DNA of 64,000 nt from Candidatus Aenigmatarchaeota archaeon (GTDB taxonomy: Archaea; Aenigmatarchaeota; Aenigmatarchaeia; JACPZZ01), in assembly GCA_043801595.1 (NCBI GenBank), contig JAZDLW010000022.1, positions 26,812 to 90,811 of the forward strand, written 5' to 3'. Below, one piece after another: positions 55,874 to 64,000 of this stretch; position 1 is the stretch's first letter, and each line of letters opens with the position of its first letter. The notes beneath the pieces are model-generated. The model was not told where the DNA came from. It made no database searches and saw nothing but the letters and a program-made list of their open reading frames with translations. Both the position numbers and the translations under genes were made by a program.

Positions 55874-57307
55874 TTGACAAAGTATGAAAAATTCGTTCCA
55901 ATCGTCCTTTTTTTGTATCTACTGGTTTCCGGATTTAAAATAATAAGCCCGCTGCCGCTGACCTATGACCCTGCGCTACACGCTGAAATAGCAACGTACC
56001 TTATACCGTTGTCGTTGTTCCCGATCACATGGAGCCCGCTGGCTGATGTCGGGTATACGTATCCGCCGCTTTTCCACTGGGCGGCGTTTTTATTTTCAAC
56101 GTCCGGCATCGCAACTTACAAAATCGTAATGCTTATGGGGCTATTGCTTTACGCATTATTTCCAGTATCTTTTTACCTGTACGGCAGCGCGTTCGGGCGG
56201 ATTGAAGCCATGCTTTTTTCGTTTTTCGGTGCAGTGCAGGCCAGCCTGATGGAAGTTTTTGCGGCCGGGGAGTATCCGCAGCTTTTATCAATGAATCTTG
56301 CTGTCATAGCACTTTATTTTTTAGCAAAAAAGGACCTGCCGAAGGCGGGTTTGTTTGCAGGTTTTGTCGTGTTGTCTCATTCGTTCACTTCTATCTATCT
56401 TGCCGTTATACTGGCCGCGTATTTCCTGATTTCCCGCTTAACAAATGAAAAAATAAAATCGTCAAGCGCTGCAGCGTTTTTCCTGATATTCATTGCGATA
56501 TCGTCGTTATGGGCGCCGCGCTACGTACAAATAGCGGAGAATGCGGCGAACAGCAGCTGGGAAAACACGATATGGTACCACAAGGCGGGATTTATCGGTT
56601 TAGAACAGGTCAATAACATTTTTCTGAGCGTCATGCCAGGCGCCAGGATGGGAGCGATCTTTTTGATATTGTCGCTCATCGGAGTGTTTTATGCGTACAA
56701 ACGAAAATTTTATTTTCAATTGTTCGTTTTCGCTTTCACAGTTCTATTTACGGTATTCCACATACCCGGAACGCAATACAAGTTTTCGGACATGCTTGCG
56801 ATCGCGGTTCCACCCATAGCGTCGTTCGGTGTGCTGTACTTCATGGCGAAGACGAATAAGACCAAACCCTACGCAAAAATAATAATCGCAGGTTTTTTTG
56901 TCGCAATGCTTTTGGCGCACCCGTACGTCAATGCGGTCAATATGCGCAATTGCTGCGTGTCAAAGGACATGCCAAACAGCGATGAAATAAAATCGGCGGA
57001 ATGGTTGAACGCGAACGATGCTGTTCATTCCGTAATCGTGATGGATAGCGACGCCGAGGCGTGGTTCGCGCTTATAGCCGGGAAGATTCCGCTGAACCCG
57101 CGCGTATCCGAGTTGGAGTCGTTTACGCCTGCGTACAGGCAAAAAATCGCGGATCGCAGAACCATAATAAATTTGTTCGAGAACAGTACGGCGTTGCTTG
57201 AAAAGTGGAATGTTGATTACATTGTCACGGACACGAACATCAATCCGGCGAATTTCCGTTTATTTCACGAGGAGGGCTTGGTTAAGCTATATAAACGTTA
57301 TGTCTGA
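55874..57307 (+). CDS. Polytopic membrane protein, GT-C-like glycosyltransferase candidate
   Basis: YDPALH, YPPLFH loop motifs; many TMs; C-terminal soluble domain. Confidence 0.55.
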   Translation: MTKYEKFVPIVLFLYLLVSGFKIISPLPLTYDPALHAEIATYLIPLSLFPITWSPLADVGYTYPPLFHWAAFLFSTSGIATYKIVMLMGLLLYALFPVSFYLYGSAFGRIEAMLFSFFGAVQASLMEVFAAGEYPQLLSMNLAVIALYFLAKKDLPKAGLFAGFVVLSHSFTSIYLAVILAAYFLISRLTNEKIKSSSAAAFFLIFIAISSLWAPRYVQIAENAANSSWENTIWYHKAGFIGLEQVNNIFLSVMPGARMGAIFLILSLIGVFYAYKRKFYFQLFVFAFTVLFTVFHIPGTQYKFSDMLAIAVPPIASFGVLYFMAKTNKTKPYAKIIIAGFFVAMLLAHPYVNAVNMRNCCVSKDMPNSDEIKSAEWLNANDAVHSVIVMDSDAEAWFALIAGKIPLNPRVSELESFTPAYRQKIADRRTIINLFENSTALLEKWNVDYIVTDTNINPANFRLFHEEGLVKLYKRYV

Positions 57308-57318
57308 TTATCACTTAG

Positions 57319-57756
57319 GTGAAATCATTGGAGGATAAAAAAAAGGAATTGGAGCAAAAATATTACCTGTACCAATTTTTGAAAGAACAACTGGACAGCC
57401 TTAACAATCAGGCAGAGGCCATGAGAGCGGCGATATTGGAAACACAGGCTTCGATAAATGCTGTCCAAGAGTTGCTTGGCGGCGAGAAGACAACGCTTAT
57501 ACCGCTCGGCGCGGGCACGTTTGTGGAAGGCAAAATAGAAAAAGTCAACAAAGTTGTGATATCGATCGGTTCCGATGTTCTTGTTAACGAGGATTCGGCA
57601 AGCGCCAAAGTAAAGCTTGAACAGAGACTAAATGAGATGGAAAGCGCTTACAACAACCTTTTAAGCGATACGGCAAGCGTTACAGCACAAATACAATCCA
57701 TATTGCCAGACGTGGAGCGCCTTGCGGGCGAGTTAAATTATTCCGATAAGAAATAA
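57319..57756 (+). CDS. pfdA: Prefoldin alpha subunit
   Basis: Coiled coils plus LIPLGAGTFV...VISIGS; upstream of ftsY. Confidence 0.9.
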   Translation: MKSLEDKKKELEQKYYLYQFLKEQLDSLNNQAEAMRAAILETQASINAVQELLGGEKTTLIPLGAGTFVEGKIEKVNKVVISIGSDVLVNEDSASAKVKLEQRLNEMESAYNNLLSDTASVTAQIQSILPDVERLAGELNYSDKK

Positions 57757-57761
57757 TCTAC

Positions 57762-57788
57762 CAAACTTTTAGAAAAGTTTGATCAAAA
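57762..57788 (+). repeat. Family C palindrome (empty copy)
   Basis: CAAACTTTT-AG-AAAAGTTTG-ATCAAAA directly after a stop codon. Confidence 0.6.
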
Positions 57789-57801
57789 GGTGCGCGGTAT
57801 T

Positions 57802-59016
57802 GTGTTTGGATTTCTCAAGAAAAAAATCAAAGAATCGATAGATAACATAAGTAAGGCTGTTTCTAAAAAACCGGTTGAAACGAAAACCGAAGAAAAAAAG
57901 GAAGAAGCCGAGAAAATAGATAATACGGTTGGTACGTACTCAGAGGACAAGTTTTCAGAAAGCGGGGTTGTTGCAGAAAAATCGTTGGAGGACGAAACAA
58001 CACAGGGATATCCCGAAGCTGCGGAAAAGCCAATCAACATCGAAGTCGAAGTTAAGAAAGAGCTTGAGCAGATCGAAACTGCTGAAGAGATAAAACCGCA
58101 TGTTGAAACGAAGACTGAAGGAAAAAAGGAAGGTTTTTTGGGGAGGATAACAAAAAAATTCGCAAAGCAGATAACAGAGGTTACGATAAAGGAGGACGAC
58201 ATCGGCGGCGTGCTGGACGACCTGAAAATCGGACTAATGGAAAACGACGTCGCGCTCGATGTTGCCGAGAAAATATGCGTTGATATCGAGAAAAGCATTG
58301 TCGGAAAAAGCGTGAAAAGATCGAAGATAGAGGATGCGATAAAGGAATCGATGCGGAAAAGCGTTTCCGAGATACTGGCGCAGGATTATACCGATATCGT
58401 TGATTTTGTAAAAACGCACGAGAAACCTGTTCTGATTATTTTCGCGGGATTCAACGGCGCGGGAAAAACAACAACGCTTGCGCGCGTAGGAAAATACCTG
58501 AAGGATCGAAGTTTGGAATGCGTTTTCGCAGCCGGCGATTCGTTCCGCGCTGCGAGCATAGAACAGATACAGGTGCACGGCGACCGTCTTGGAATAAAAG
58601 TGATCAAGCATGGTTACGGAGCTGATTCTGCGGCTGTTGTGTTCGACGCGATGAAGTACGCAATTGCGCATAACATTGATGTCGTTTTAGCAGATACAGC
58701 CGGAAGGACGCACGTCAACGCAAATTTGATGGACGAATTGAAGAAGGTCTGCCGCGTCAATAAACCAGCGATGAAGATACTCATCCTTGATAGCCTAACG
58801 GGCAATGACATAGTGCAGCAGGCGCAGCGCTTTGATGAAGCGATCGGCATAGATGCGGTCGTATTTACGAAAGTAGACGTTTATGAAAGGGGCGGGGCTA
58901 TTTTGTCAGCGTCGCACACGATAAAAAAACCGATTTTATTTTTGGGTGTTGGTCAGGATTACGACGATCTTGAGAAGTTTGATAAGGATAAGATTGTTGA
59001 TATGTTACTTGCGTGA
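57802..59016 (+). CDS. ftsY: SRP receptor FtsY
   Basis: Acidic N-region, GFNGAGKTTT, DSFRAAS, DTAGR, TKVD. Confidence 0.96.
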   Translation: MFGFLKKKIKESIDNISKAVSKKPVETKTEEKKEEAEKIDNTVGTYSEDKFSESGVVAEKSLEDETTQGYPEAAEKPINIEVEVKKELEQIETAEEIKPHVETKTEGKKEGFLGRITKKFAKQITEVTIKEDDIGGVLDDLKIGLMENDVALDVAEKICVDIEKSIVGKSVKRSKIEDAIKESMRKSVSEILAQDYTDIVDFVKTHEKPVLIIFAGFNGAGKTTTLARVGKYLKDRSLECVFAAGDSFRAASIEQIQVHGDRLGIKVIKHGYGADSAAVVFDAMKYAIAHNIDVVLADTAGRTHVNANLMDELKKVCRVNKPAMKILILDSLTGNDIVQQAQRFDEAIGIDAVVFTKVDVYERGGAILSASHTIKKPILFLGVGQDYDDLEKFDKDKIVDMLLA

Positions 59017-59026
59017 CGATTCTTAA

Positions 59027-59386
59027 TCATTGCGGCGCGTAGCTGTTGAACGCCTTTTCAAGTTCGTTCCTGTAGTCCGGAATTCTTGCCCAATATTCGG
59101 CAGCAGAATATACACCTTTTCTTACAAAGGCTTCTGTTAAACCGAGATGGTTTTTGAACTGCCTCAATTGCGTATCTATCACAGCATTACCATTCTCGCA
59201 CAAAACAATATCATGCGTTGCACTCCAGCCTTTCTTTTGTATGTCAAAGTGATATTCAGAAGCGGACGGATCCCCTTTTCGCACTTCCGGCAGGATGAAC
59301 CTTGAAGCGTTTACGCAGTTCTTTGTGAAACTACCATTAGTATACATTTGTCTTGCCTGACGAACCAGATCTTTGAACATCTTCAC
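59027..59386 (-). CDS. Hypothetical protein
   Basis: 119-aa ORF between ftsY and srp54; NC...H..V pattern weakly papain/transglutaminase-like. Confidence 0.45.
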   Translation of the reverse strand: MKMFKDLVRQARQMYTNGSFTKNCVNASRFILPEVRKGDPSASEYHFDIQKKGWSATHDIVLCENGNAVIDTQLRQFKNHLGLTEAFVRKGVYSAAEYWARIPDYRNELEKAFNSYAPQ

Positions 59387-59526
59387 TACTGAGTAGTTAC
59401 TACTATATAAAACTGATTATCGACAAATGCCGTTCCATACCATATATATTATGCTTTGTGTGTTATCGGGTAAAGAAGCGATTTCAGGTTTGCATGCTAT
59501 AGATAATTCACGGTTCGGTTGGTGTT

Positions 59527-60849
59527 ATGGTTTTAGACAAACTCGGTGACGCACTCTCAAACGCATTGCGAAAGATAGCAGGCAAAGGCTACGTTGATCA
59601 GGCTGTTGTCGACGAATTTATCCGCGATTTGCAGCGAGCGCTTCTGCAGGCTGACGTGGACGTTAAGCTTGTTTTCAGCCTTTCCCAAAAAATACGCGAC
59701 AAGGTGCTGAAGGAAAAACCGCAGTCAGGAATGACGCCGAAAGAGCACATGGTCAAGGTTGTTTACGACGAACTTGTAAATTTTCTCGGAAAAGAGACGG
59801 GTTCGGTTGAACTGAAAAAACAAAAAATACTTTTAATCGGTTTGTTCGGTTCGGGAAAGACGACGACAGCTGCGAAACTTGCGAAGTTTTTCGTCCGCAA
59901 AGGATTGCGTCCTGCGTTGGTCGGTTGCGACGTTTTCCGGCCCGCTGCCCAAGAACAGATTTTACAATTGGGCAGCCAAATTGGAGTTCCTGCTTATGCA
60001 ACCGGCAAAGATCCGGCGAAAATAGTTGCGGAAGCGATCAGGAAATTTTCCGACTGCGATGTAATAATATTCGATTCTGCTGGGCGCAACGCGTTGGACG
60101 CGGAGCTTGTTGACGAACTAAAATCGATAAAGGACGCAGTGAAGCCGGACGAGGTTTTCCTTGTTATTCCGGCGGATATCGGCCAAGCGGCCGGAAAGCA
60201 ATCCGAAGAATTTTCGAAAATCGTAGGCATAACAGGCGTAATAGTAACGAAAATGGACGGAACAGCAAAAGGCGGCGCTGCGCTGAGCTCTTGTTCAATC
60301 GTTAACGCGCCCATAAAATTCATCGGAGCTGGCGAGAAAGTTGATGATTTAGAGCAATACGACCCGAAGCGATTTGTCTCGCGATTAATCGGCTACGGCG
60401 ATTTGCAGAGCCTTATTGAAAAGGCGGAGGAAATAAAGACGCCAGAATTGGCAAAGTCAGCCGAAAACATGATCAGCGGAAAATATTCTTTGCAGGATTT
60501 TTACGAACAGATAGAATCGATAAAGAAGATGGGACCCCTGAAGCAGGTTATGCAGATGATACCCGGACTGAAAATGCCGGAAGGAATTCTGGATGTGCAG
60601 GAAAAACAGATGGCCAAGTGGAAAGTTGCGATGGATTCCATGACCCGTAGTGAAAAGTTAAATCCTGAGATAATCGACCAGTCGAGGATACGGCGGATCG
60701 CGGGCGGCTCCGGATTAAAAGAAGACGATGTGAAGGAACTGATAAAACATTATGACCGCACCAAAAAGGTAATGAAAATGATAGGCGGAAAAAACCTAAA
60801 GCGCGGTAATCTGTCCCAGTTGGCAAAACAGTTCGGAATGGCTGTGTGA
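59527..60849 (+). CDS. srp54: Signal recognition particle protein SRP54
   Basis: ALLQADV, GLFGSGKTTT, DSAGR, TKMDG, M-domain SMT..E..SRIRRIAGGSG. Confidence 0.97.
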   Translation: MVLDKLGDALSNALRKIAGKGYVDQAVVDEFIRDLQRALLQADVDVKLVFSLSQKIRDKVLKEKPQSGMTPKEHMVKVVYDELVNFLGKETGSVELKKQKILLIGLFGSGKTTTAAKLAKFFVRKGLRPALVGCDVFRPAAQEQILQLGSQIGVPAYATGKDPAKIVAEAIRKFSDCDVIIFDSAGRNALDAELVDELKSIKDAVKPDEVFLVIPADIGQAAGKQSEEFSKIVGITGVIVTKMDGTAKGGAALSSCSIVNAPIKFIGAGEKVDDLEQYDPKRFVSRLIGYGDLQSLIEKAEEIKTPELAKSAENMISGKYSLQDFYEQIESIKKMGPLKQVMQMIPGLKMPEGILDVQEKQMAKWKVAMDSMTRSEKLNPEIIDQSRIRRIAGGSGLKEDDVKELIKHYDRTKKVMKMIGGKNLKRGNLSQLAKQFGMAV

Positions 60850-61376
60850 TTGCTTTGAAGATCGGCGTATTCGGAGATGCGCACATACCTGATCGTGCCC
60901 ATAATATTCCAGAATCAATCAGGAAAGAACTTTATTCGTGCGATATGATTGTCTGTACCGGAGACTTGACGGGCGAGGACGTTGTCAAATTTATCAAAGC
61001 GTCAGGAAAAAAACACAAAATCGTGCGCGGGAACATGGACCATTTGGATTTTCCGAAGACCGAAAGCATTGATATAGAAGGAAAGAAGATAGTTATAACA
61101 ACGATTTGCTTTGCAAATCGTGCATAGGAAATCGATATTTCCTATGCGCACAGCGACGAAGTGAGGCCGAGAGGCGACAAAGAACAGCTGTTCGGAATTG
61201 CGAAAAGATATTGCGCTGATGTTTTGGCGTACGGGCATACACACAAACAGGACGTATGGGAAAAAGACGGCATAATGTTCGTGAATCTGGGATCAGCGAC
61301 AGGTTGCGGCAGAACAGGACAGCATTGTGCGGTTATTGAAATAAAAAATAATTCGATAAACGTGAAAAGGGTTTGA
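60846..61376 (+). pseudogene. YfcE/Vps29-family metallophosphoesterase interrupted in frame by a 48-nt family A element carrying TAG
   Basis: DAH, GDL, GNMD in the first ORF and HSD, GHTH, NLGS in the second; both in the same frame; excision gives KIVITHSDEV. Confidence 0.8.
61099..61146 (+). mobile_element. Family A mini-element (48 nt) inside a CDS
   Basis: CAACG-ATTTGC-TTT-GCAAAT-CGTGCA-TAGGAAAT-CGAT-ATTTCCTA-TG. Confidence 0.85.
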
Positions 61377-61380
61377 TGCG

Positions 61381-62652
61381 ATGATAACGGAAAAGGCAAA
61401 GCTGATAATTGAGAAAGGTTACATCTGCGATAATTGTCTTGGTCGCCAGTTTGCGCAGCTTACGAAAGGGACGACGAACGCGGTGCGCGGAAAGGCCATA
61501 AGGGACGTGTTCGCATTTTCAGCCGACGCCGAAAATAAAACGGACATAGACATTGCGAACATCGCCTCGTACGATTTCAGAAATTACAAAATACCAGCGC
61601 GCGAAAAAAAACCGGTGTGCAAGATATGCGGAAACTTTTTCATAACGCTTCCCGCAATAGCGGAGAATGTTGCAAAAAAAATATCGAAATACGAATACAA
61701 GACACTGATTGTGGGAACAAAGGTCTCGGGCGATCTGGCAAGAAGGGAAGAAGAGCTGTGGGAAGTGTTTGGAACAGATTGCTGCGAGCCGATTAAAGCG
61801 GAGATAAACAGGGAAATAGGAAAGATACTCGAAAAAAAAACAGGGAAGAAGGCGGACTTTGAAAATCCGGACATTGTTGTTATCATTGACACGGAAAATA
61901 AAAAAATAGAAATCCATCCTAACCAGGTATGGATTTACGGCCTGTACCAAAAACTTGCGCGCGGAATACCGCAGACAAAATGGCCTTGCCGATCCTGCCA
62001 CGGAAAGGGATGCAAACATTGCAACGGCAAGGGCAAGATGTATCCGACGTCTGTTGAGGAAATAATAGCAAAACCGCTGATAAGCGCCGCGGAAGCAACG
62101 GGCAGCAGCCTGCACGGGGCCGGACGAGAGGACATCGATGCGCGCTGCCTGGGCTGGAGGCCGTTCGTCATTGAAATTGAAAACCCTGTCAAAAGGGCGA
62201 TAAACCTGAGGGAAATGGAGAAAAAGGTAAACAAGGACAAACGCGTAAAGGTTAAGCTGATAAAATTCTGCAACAAGGATACTGCGCGCAAAATAAAGGC
62301 AGCCAAACTTGCGAAGACGTATAAAATCGTTGTCGGCTTCAAAAAGCAGATAGGGCGCGATGACATCAAAAAAATCCTGAAAATAAAAGACCTGATAAAA
62401 CAAAGGACGCCGCAAAGGGTTTCGCACCGGAGGGCGGACTTGGTAAGGGAGAGGAAGATACTGCGTATAACAGGGCGCATACTCTCGAAAAAGGAGGCCG
62501 AATTCACAATAAAAACAGAGGCGGGAATGTACGTGAAGGAGCTGGTAAGCGGTGACAACGGACGGACTGAACCTTCGTTTACAGGAATAGCGGGCAAGGA
62601 AGCGAAGGTTAAGACGCTCGACGTTGTAAAAATCGACAATATCAAGGTTTAA
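61381..62652 (+). CDS. pus10: tRNA pseudouridine(54/55) synthase Pus10
   Basis: CDNCLGRQF, THUMP-like region, RGIPQT, GAGREDIDAR, QRTPQRV.HRR, G.YVKEL..GD.GRT. Confidence 0.95.
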   Translation: MITEKAKLIIEKGYICDNCLGRQFAQLTKGTTNAVRGKAIRDVFAFSADAENKTDIDIANIASYDFRNYKIPAREKKPVCKICGNFFITLPAIAENVAKKISKYEYKTLIVGTKVSGDLARREEELWEVFGTDCCEPIKAEINREIGKILEKKTGKKADFENPDIVVIIDTENKKIEIHPNQVWIYGLYQKLARGIPQTKWPCRSCHGKGCKHCNGKGKMYPTSVEEIIAKPLISAAEATGSSLHGAGREDIDARCLGWRPFVIEIENPVKRAINLREMEKKVNKDKRVKVKLIKFCNKDTARKIKAAKLAKTYKIVVGFKKQIGRDDIKKILKIKDLIKQRTPQRVSHRRADLVRERKILRITGRILSKKEAEFTIKTEAGMYVKELVSGDNGRTEPSFTGIAGKEAKVKTLDVVKIDNIKV

Positions 62653-62686
62653 TACATACGCATACGAATACATTTTGCTGATACGA

Positions 62687-62974
62687 ATGGTTACAAGATC
62701 GCACGGTGTGATGTGGGGAACACGAAAGAAACTGAAAAAATCCAGCAAGACGCCCATAACAAGATATCTTCAGGTTTTTGAAAGGGGCGATACTGTTGTT
62801 GTGCTGCCTGATTCAGCTTCGAACGGAGGAATGCCTTTTCCGAGATTCAAAGGTATGGCAGGAAAGATCAGCGGAAAAAGAGGCGACGGCTACATTGTTG
62901 ACGTGATGGACGGAAACAAGAGGAAAATACTGGCAGTTAAACCAGAGCACTTAAAAAAGCTGGTGAGTAAATGA
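62687..62974 (+). CDS. rpl21e: 50S ribosomal protein eL21
   Basis: GTRKKL, GMPFPRFKG, DGNK.K.L...PEHL; conserved pus10-rpl21e-rpoF order. Confidence 0.93.
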   Translation: MVTRSHGVMWGTRKKLKKSSKTPITRYLQVFERGDTVVVLPDSASNGGMPFPRFKGMAGKISGKRGDGYIVDVMDGNKRKILAVKPEHLKKLVSK

Positions 62975-63294
62975 ACGTAATCGAGGAAAAACCTGTTTCT
63001 TACGTGAAGGCAAAAAAAATCCTTGAAGAAAGGGAGAAGGAAGGCGAGCTAAGCTACGAGCAAAAATCCAGCCTTGAACATCTCAGAAAATTCTCGAAAC
63101 TCGGCGATGATGAAAAAATAACCGAAGAGCTCAGAACAATTGAAAAACTCAGGGAAGAAAGCATTGTAAAGATCATAAACAACATGCCTAAAACCGCCGA
63201 AGAGATCAAGATAATTTTCCAGAAAGACATAATCGACCTCGGCGACAGCGATATAGCGAAAATAGTGGAGATAACCAAGAAGTACGCCGGCTAA
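62971..63294 (+). CDS. rpo4: RNA polymerase subunit Rpo4 (F)
   Basis: LSYEQK.SLEHLRKFSK, KIIN.MPKT.EE. Confidence 0.9.
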   Translation: MNVIEEKPVSYVKAKKILEEREKEGELSYEQKSSLEHLRKFSKLGDDEKITEELRTIEKLREESIVKIINNMPKTAEEIKIIFQKDIIDLGDSDIAKIVEITKKYAG

Positions 63295-63330
63295 AGAATA
63301 TTTAAAAGAAACAAACACGAAACAAATAGC

Positions 63331-63792
63331 ATGGCAAGGCATTTTCTGCGACTGAAAGGCGTTTCGCCGCTGGTTGCGTCGGTATTGCTGATATCGTTCA
63401 CAATGGCTATTGCAGCCATACTTGCAACATGGGCGACTCAGTATATGACCCAGCAGACAAGCACGCTTACGGCAAAGGGGCAGGAAGCGAACTGCGTTTA
63501 TGCGCGGATGGGTCTCGACAGTTTTAACTACGAAAAAACAACCGGACAGCTTGTTTTGATTGTAAACAACAACGGCAGGATCGGGCTTCAGAATTTCACG
63601 CTTTTCCTGTACAATTCAACCGGAATAGGGCGACTCTCCCTTGAAACGGACGCGAGCGTTGTAAACAGACAGAACATGACGCTGCCGCCCGGAGAGCCGC
63701 GCTCGTTCATAGTCAACGGCATAGCGAACATAACAAGATTCAAGATTGTTTCAAACTGCCCGGACTATTCGTTCGTGGATCAAAACGTATAA
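63331..63792 (+). CDS. Archaeal pilin (class III signal)
   Basis: LKG|VSPLVASVLLISFTMAIAAILATW. Confidence 0.85.
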   Translation: MARHFLRLKGVSPLVASVLLISFTMAIAAILATWATQYMTQQTSTLTAKGQEANCVYARMGLDSFNYEKTTGQLVLIVNNNGRIGLQNFTLFLYNSTGIGRLSLETDASVVNRQNMTLPPGEPRSFIVNGIANITRFKIVSNCPDYSFVDQNV

Positions 63793-63853
63793 ATCGCATT
63801 CTTACAACCGATGTTTATAAAGGATGGAGGCGATAAATATTTACAGAACTGAA

Positions 63854-64000
63854 ATGAAGAAGGGTATTTCGCCATTAATCGCATCCGTACTTCTCGTAGC
63901 GTTTACAATGGCCGTAGCTGCGATTCTCGTTGTGTGGATAACAGGATTTACACAGCAACAGACAACAACAGTCGGTGCGCGCGGAGAGAAACAGACATCG
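63854..64000 (+). CDS. Second archaeal pilin, 3'-truncated by window edge
   Basis: MKKG|ISPLIASVLLVAFTMAVAAILVVW. Confidence 0.8.
   Translation, partial: MKKGISPLIASVLLVAFTMAVAAILVVWITGFTQQQTTTVGARGEKQTS

Noticed and set aside
61125..61146. Pyrrolysine/PYLIS-type readthrough of the in-frame TAG with a hairpin
   Set aside because: The TAG and hairpin are part of the dispersed family A repeat, and readthrough would leave 16 foreign residues next to a conserved His.
61519..62757. 412-aa antisense ORF (similarly 43321..44199, 41203..41856, 8718..9326)
   Set aside because: Shadow ORFs opposite well-conserved genes, with no recognisable motifs.

Overview
Gene-dense 64 kb window from an archaeal genome. 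It is most likely a DPANN lineage (Aenigmarchaeota-like; inferred from gene content, not tested). Housekeeping genes include Trm1, TFB, histone, aIF5A, CCA enzyme, RNase Z, Trm56, ThrRS, FtsZ, Dph5, FEN1, EF-1beta, CarS, Pth2, prefoldin, FtsY, SRP54, Pus10, eL21 and Rpo4. There are two intron-containing tRNAs: Gln-TTG with two introns and Arg-GCG with one. Metabolic genes include an AMP phosphorylase/form III RuBisCO/R15P isomerase operon and the fusions PyrE-PyrF and PMI-PMM. An accessory block at ~18-41 kb holds an intact plus degenerate MNT-HEPN pair flanked by paralogous helical proteins, five tandem paralogous membrane proteins, and a type IV pilus-like locus (ATPase, TadC-like platform, 14 pilin-like genes including an 892-aa giant). 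The most striking unexplained structure is a family of ~50-bp double-hairpin elements (CAACG-hairpin-CGTGCA-hairpin-TG, ~16 units). They show stem covariation and no target duplication, nest inside themselves up to three deep at a fixed position, land in other palindromes, and interrupt a Vps29-like gene in frame. Two further small palindromic repeat families co-occur, and one of them sits inside a tRNA intron. All calls come from reading motifs by eye; no searches were run.
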